The notes beneath the pieces are model-generated. The model ran no database searches, was not told where the DNA came from, and saw only the letters and a program-made list of their open reading frames with translations. A program made the position numbers and the translations under genes. Shown here in pieces: positions 52,670 through 58,116 of a stretch of 58,116 bases of DNA (position 1 is the first letter of the stretch; every line of letters starts with the position of its first letter). This DNA comes from Girardia tigrina (taxonomy: Eukaryota): contig MQRK01216311.1 in assembly GCA_001938485.1 (NCBI GenBank), forward strand, positions 16,211 through 74,326. Direction: 5' to 3'.

Positions 52670-53308
52670 ACTCAAAGAAAAATTATCCGAAATCGCTCTT
52701 CTATTAAGTTGTTTAAAAATAATGTCATTTTTTGTACCAAAATTGTTTGGTGGTCTGCAGCGGGTGTTATTCATCATAGCTTCCTAAATCCAAGAGAAAC
52801 AATTACGACAGAAAGATCCTATCAGGAAATTGTTAAAATGAACCAAAAACTCCAACAACAACAACAACAACCGGCATTAATCAATATGAAGGAGCATATT
52901 CTTCTCCACATCAACGCTTGGCCACACATCGCACGTCTGACAATGAACCTGTTGAACGAACTTAGCTACAAAACTTTGAGTCATCCCCCATACTCATCTG
53001 ACATCTAGAATACTGATTATTACTTTTTCAAATATCCTGATAAATTACTCCAGGAGAAATACTTCAAAAATAAAGAGGATGCTAAAACTGTCTTCAACGA
53101 TTTCATCGCCTTCAGAAAGTCAGAAAAAATTAAAAGAAAAAAAGTCAGAAAAATTTTATGCAAACAAGATAAATAAACTTGTTTAACGTTGGCAAAAGTG
53201 TATTGATGCAAACGGTTTTTATTTTGAGTACTAAAGTTGATTCTACGCTGAGATATTTTTCTTTAAAGATTAAGGTTGAAAAATGATATTATTTTTTAAA
53301 CAACCTAA
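52670..53308 (+). mobile_element. Mariner 3' half, decayed
   Basis: VWWSAAGVIHH and HPPYSSDI motifs; right TIR ...AACAACCTAA|TA; internal (CAA)n expansion. Confidence 0.85.
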
Positions 53309-53960
53309 TAATTTATTAATAATTTGTTTTTATATCTTCTGTTCTTTAAGATGACACTTTGATTTTTTCAAAAGGTAAATTGTTTCATACTTTTTGTAGT
53401 TAATTCTCAACATGTTTATTCGTAATATTCAATTTTGCATGAAAAGAATTTTTTAACAACACAAACAGATTCATCTTTACAATTTTTTTCAGTGACCTCA
53501 TCTTCAGTAAGCATTTTTCTTTGATAAATATAGTTTCTGGGTATTAATTCAAATCTTTGATTAATAACTGAGATTATCATATTGATAATTTTTAATTTCT
53601 CAAAGTTTTATTTGGTAAACATATATTTTAAGAAAATTTAAAATAAACATTAACTTTTTATTTATATTAAATTTAATAAGTTAAATTATTTACTCAAAAG
53701 TAATATTATAATTTCAAATTACAAAACTTGTAATTAATTAGTATTTAAACAAAAATGTCATTAAACTAATCTCATTAGATTAATCAATTTAATCAATAAC
53801 ATATCAATCTGTTATATTATCATTTATATATTTTAAAAAATTAAAAAAAAAACTAAAAATATGTAAAAACAATTTAAATTTGTTTAAATAATATTTTATA
53901 TAATAAATATTAATTTTGTTCAACTTTTATTGATTTTATCATTATTAGATATATACAACT

Positions 53961-54450
53961 TGGCGTCACGAGCAAACGTTACAGCTCAGTACTTGGAAGA
54001 ACTGATGTTTAAGAAGAAAGAAGCAAAGCTATTCATCTTCGAGACACATCATTGCAAGGAGAGATCAATAACGGACCACATAAACAACATGAAAGAGTTT
54101 ATCAGTCTCTTCGATCATTCGGCGTTAGAAGATTCCGCTTAAATAGATATTTTTATGTCCTATTTTGAAATCAGCTTAATTGCTGAGATCCAGTGCAAGT
54201 TGGAAGCTGATGTTGCATCGATGAATATGGACACAATGTCATCAAAATTGATTGGCAAATTTAATTTAAAGAAATCAAAAGTTGATCAGTTATTACCTTT
54301 GATACGAGTGAAACAGGAGGATGGAGAAACGTTATTAGATTTCGCAAATAGAATAAACGTGGAAACTTTTCATTTACCAGTAAAGTCGGATAATATTCTT
54401 GTAAAGATATTTCGACATGGTATAAGAGACAATAAAAGAGACAATAAAAT
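53961..54450 (+). mobile_element. Ty3/Gypsy PBS and gag relic
   Basis: PBS TGGCGTCACGAGCA follows ..ACAACT and resembles the complement of a tRNA-Ser 3' end; gag motif KQEDGETLLDFANRI...IFRHGI. Confidence 0.7.
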
Positions 54451-56063
54451 ATTGTAATCCTGATACAATCACTGGCCCACGCTTTCCAAATGATTGCGTG
54501 TAGTGATGCGACAACGATGGATGCTGCAGTCTTCTCCCTTCAACGTGGAGCGACTGGCCCCCGGAAAACGCGACTCTTATCGATTGAGGAGGNNNNNNNN
54601 NNGCTTAACGCCGGAACTCAATCGGGGAGGATCAAGAACTGGTGGGCCAAGATCAAATTTGCCATCCACAAAATCAAAGAACTGCACCAGATCTCAGCTA
54701 GTCTGGTGCAGAATGAGAGAGGAATTTGTCTACACCTTCACCAATCACTGGTGTGGAAGAGGAGACTACCCAATGGTGAATATGAAACTCTCCGGGACGA
54801 CACGCATGAAAACATACTCCTCAACCCTCTCCTAAAATCCAGTGTGTCCAAGACACTAATAAGACTAGTGGAAAAATCTTGGATGCACAAATGGAATGTC
54901 CAGAACAGTGCTGGTCGATTTGCAAGAAGCCTGCAATCGACGATTAGCTTTCACAGCGCTGTCTATGGGGGGGAGCTCAACTATGCTGAGTGGTATTTTT
55001 ACCACAAAGCATTTACATACACNNNNNNNNNNNNNNNNNNNNNNNNNNNNNNNNNNNNNNNNNNNNNNNNNNNNNNNNNNNNNNNNNNNNNNNNNNNNNN
55101 NNNNNNNNNNNNNNNNNNNNNNNNNNNNNNNNNNNNNNNNNNNNNNNNNNNNNNNNNNNNNNNNNNNNNNNNNNNNNNNNNNNNNNNNNNNNNNNNNNNN
55201 NNNNNNNNNNNNNNNNNNNNNNNNNNNNNNNAAGATCCTATACCTAATTGATGTTAAGTGTCCATATGACACATTGAAAAACATCAAACACAGTAATGAA
55301 AGGAATCTCGACCATTACGAGACTCTTGCCATTGCATGTAGGGCGGCAATACCTGAAACAACGGTAACTGTGCTCACTTTACAGGTAGGTTGTCTCGGGA
55401 CGTGGCCAAAGAGAAGCACAGATATCTTAACTACACTGAAGATCCCGCAGAAGGTGATAAGAAAAATCGCGATTGGATGCTCAATATCCAACATCAAATA
55501 TTCGGCCGCACAATGGTCTTATCACCGAGATGGAATAGTCCCAAGCGGGTTACAAAGAGTCAGCAGAATAAATGTGGAACGCTACGACGGACCTCAAGAC
55601 AGCATGTTAATGATGGAAGAAACGGAATACGAACATGTTGACCCTGAGGACGTCGAAGAGTTTGATCCAGCCGCCCTGGATGCACTCATACAATCCTTCA
55701 GTCATAGGGTAAGAGTGCAACAGGGGAGAACTTTCCTGATTGAGGATCAAACTCAAGAAGACTCATCTGATGATGAATTACTTCCAAGACTTTTCAGATC
55801 TAGGATTGGAGATTCATCAGAAGATGTAAATAACTCATCATGGGAGGATGAACCAAACTCTTATGATGAGTTACTAGTGCAGCGAGCGAAGTGTCGGGTC
55901 CGGCGGAGACGATCACCCAATTGAAGGGTGCGGGGGGAGGCCGTTAGCGAAAGAACCCCTGTGGAAACCAGGGCCGGTGTAGATCATTCCTTTGGGTTGA
56001 TGCATGCGGCGAATTTATTTTTGTAAAACCGGGCACTTTTGCTCACTGAGAAAAAAAAATAAA
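54450..56063 (+). mobile_element. 5'-truncated RLE-type non-LTR retrotransposon (Utopia/NeSL-like)
   Basis: Motifs HAFQMIACSD, W..Q..AG, AEWYFYHKA, IDVKCPYD, VGCLGTW and S...W.YH..G. No stop codons on either side of the N-gap; the 3' UTR ends in an A-rich tail. Confidence 0.85.
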
Positions 56064-56339
56064 GAAAGCGGCATTTACAACAAAATATGAACAATACGAA
56101 TTTATCATAATGCCAATCGGTTTGTGTTCAGCTCCAGCTACATTCCAAAAAATGATGAATCTTATTCTGCAAAGAGAAAACTGGTCAAAATGTTTGATTT
56201 ATTTAGATGACGTCCTCGTTTTTGGAAGGACCATAGAAGATCAGAAAAACGGATTAAGCTTAGTGCTTCAGAGGATAAAAGAAGCAGGTCTTAAATTGTC
56301 TCCTGAGAAATGTTGCATTTTGAAAACCAGTGTACGGTA
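56064..56339 (+). mobile_element. Ty3/Gypsy RT fragment
   Basis: KAAF, MPIGLCSAPATFQ, YLDDVLV and GLKL..EKC motifs; cut at the Helitron 5' end. Confidence 0.92.
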
Positions 56340-56657
56340 TCCTCTGATTCACGGTTTGTCGGTCAAGCTCAAATTTTACTATGATCATATATATACTGAT
56401 AAAATGCGAAATAGTGGAGAAACAGTGAGTGAATCCACATAAAGTTGAGATAGCTCTGCATAGTCCGCATGGAGACGGTTCTGTCTGTACATCGCTGTTG
56501 ACAAAAGGTTCTGGTTGCCAAATTAATTGAGGTTAATCAATACAGAATTCGAAACAATAAATAATAAATTATAAAAGTTACTATTTAATATTTAAATCAG
56601 AAACTTTCAAAGACGAAAACTCAGCTCACCTGTCATAGATGACGGGTCTTTTTCTAG
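56340..56657 (+). mobile_element. Non-autonomous Helitron, copy 2
   Basis: A|TC start inside the Gypsy RT; hairpin ACCTGTCA-TAGA-TGACGGGT followed by CTAG|T; homologous to 40376-40671. Confidence 0.8.
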
Positions 56658-56981
56658 TTTTTTCTAAAAATCATTAAATTCGTCTTCAGGATTTCAGTTT
56701 GACTTTGATTAAAAAGTTTTGGGATTGAAAAACAAATAATGGAATTATGAAAATTTATTAAGAAGCCAAAAAAATCATTTAAAAACAAAACAAAAATGCA
56801 TTGCTTGTCACATCAAAATAATAAAAAGAATTCTGCAAAATTCGGATTCATGTCGTTTGTAAACTATGTAACTAGGAATAATACGCATATAATACAATTT
56901 TCATGTTTTCAATGCAAACAGTTTAATGAATGTCTCTTAAACCATTTTTAAAACCAATACATTATAGACATATATTATATA

Positions 56982-57990
56982 TTAGATTGATGCAAAAGAA
57001 ATGTCGTTTTAATGTTTTTGAAATATTTAGAAAATAGATTCATATTTAAATTTACTTTATAGTTTAAACTTTTTTCTATATTTTGATACCAAGTATGACA
57101 TTATTGGTGTTAATTTAACGTGTATTTATTTTATTTGTGAAATGTTAGAAAAGAAGAAAATGAGAACAATTTTATTCTACGATTTCAAACTAGGTCAAAA
57201 AGCGAGAGAAACGGCTCGGAATATTAACAATGTATTTGGACAACATACCACTAATTAACGAACAGTACAAAGTTGTCTAAGTTTCGTAGTGGCAACGAGA
57301 GCCTTAAAGATGAAGAACACGGTAGTCGACCATCACAAGTTTACGGCGACCATTTGAAGAAGTTATTCAATGCCGTCCCACATAAAAATTCACGGGATGT
57401 CACTCAAGAGCTCAACGTTTACCAATCAACAGTTGTTCGTGATCTGAAGAAAATCGGGAAAGGAAAAAGGCTGGACAAGTAGGTGCGCACAAATTAAACG
57501 AAAATCAAAAAAATCGTCGTTTTAACGTGTGTTCTTCTCTGCTTTTGCGTAATCAAAGCGACCCGTTTCTAGATCGAATTGTAACGTGCGATGAAAAATT
57601 GATCCTATACGACAACCGGCGACGTTTCGCTCAGTGGTTGGATTTCAATGAGACTCCAAAGCCTTTCCCGAAGCCAAAATTACACCAAAAAAGTCATAGT
57701 AACTGTTTGGTGGTCCGCACACGGTTTAATCCATTACATCTTCCTAAAACAAGGCGAAACAATTACAGAGAAAAAATATTGTCAGCAAATTGACAAAATG
57801 CACAAAGAACTTCAAAAAAAACGGCCGACATTATTCAATATAAAGGGGTTAATTCTTCTGCATGACAACACTCGTCCACATGTTGCAAAAAGACCATGCT
57901 GAAGTTAAACAAACTGGGATATAAAACTTTACCTCATCCACCGTACTCACCAGACCTTTTCCCTACAGATAATCACCTTTTCAAACATTT
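56982..57990 (+). mobile_element. Mariner copy duplicated together with its flank (paralogous to 40992-42020), 3'-truncated
   Basis: Near-identical to the copy at 40992, including the same frameshift and stop lesions. Confidence 0.9.
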
Positions 57991-57999
57991 TTGCCAGTT

Positions 58000-58116
58000 T
58001 AGTAGGGGGAAAATGGGCATTCGGTCCCACCCCCCCCCCTGGCCGTAGCCATGGCAACGATATGGGTTATCGTGGTTACCATGGCAACCGACCCGATTAC
58101 CATAGCAACGGTCGCG
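58000..58116 (+). mobile_element. X-box-rich repeat, inverted homologue of 40060-40160; runs off the window
   Basis: Shares the G5/C9 tracts and TTACCATAGCAACGGTCGCG with the 40 kb element. Confidence 0.6.

Noticed and set aside
52853-52870. PolyQ stretch
   Set aside because: (CAA)n slippage within a dead mariner.
55945-55968. Resemblance to the LSU rRNA GAAGACCCTGT motif
   Set aside because: Match is short and imperfect, with no flanking rRNA similarity.
1-58116. CRISPR arrays, rRNA/tRNA genes, telomeric arrays or prokaryotic operons
   Set aside because: None seen; the window is eukaryotic with no regular repeat-spacer structure.

Overview
AT-rich, transposon-dense eukaryotic DNA with six N-gaps. 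It is probably from a compact invertebrate or arthropod genome; this is inferred from the 46-64 nt GT-AG introns and the TE families present. Only four intact host genes are visible: a SAM-domain sphingomyelin-synthase-related gene (SMSr/SAMD8), two head-to-head eIF5A copies in a large inverted duplication, and an intronless UBE2K/Ubc1-type E2. Each eIF5A copy has a 9-nt first exon missed by the ORF track, and there is a third eIF5A relic. The rest is nested mobile DNA: mariner, Tc1, pogo/Tigger, hAT and piggyBac MITEs, Helitron/Helentron, LTR relics, a Penelope relic, a young Utopia/NeSL-like RLE non-LTR fragment and a decayed virus/Polinton-like ORF block. The top observations are: (1) apparent Helitron terminator read-through that copied about 1.3 kb of flank including a dead mariner; (2) an eIF5A palindrome with a homogenised core and an altered hypusine loop; (3) an off-target Utopia-like element with an acidic C-terminal extension and an snRNA-like 3' UTR; (4) a highly structured ~280-nt RNA-like island with a degenerate hammerhead core; (5) a UBE2K with altered chain-specificity residues; (6) a TE carrying clustered RFX X-boxes. 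All comparisons were made by eye; no databases were searched.
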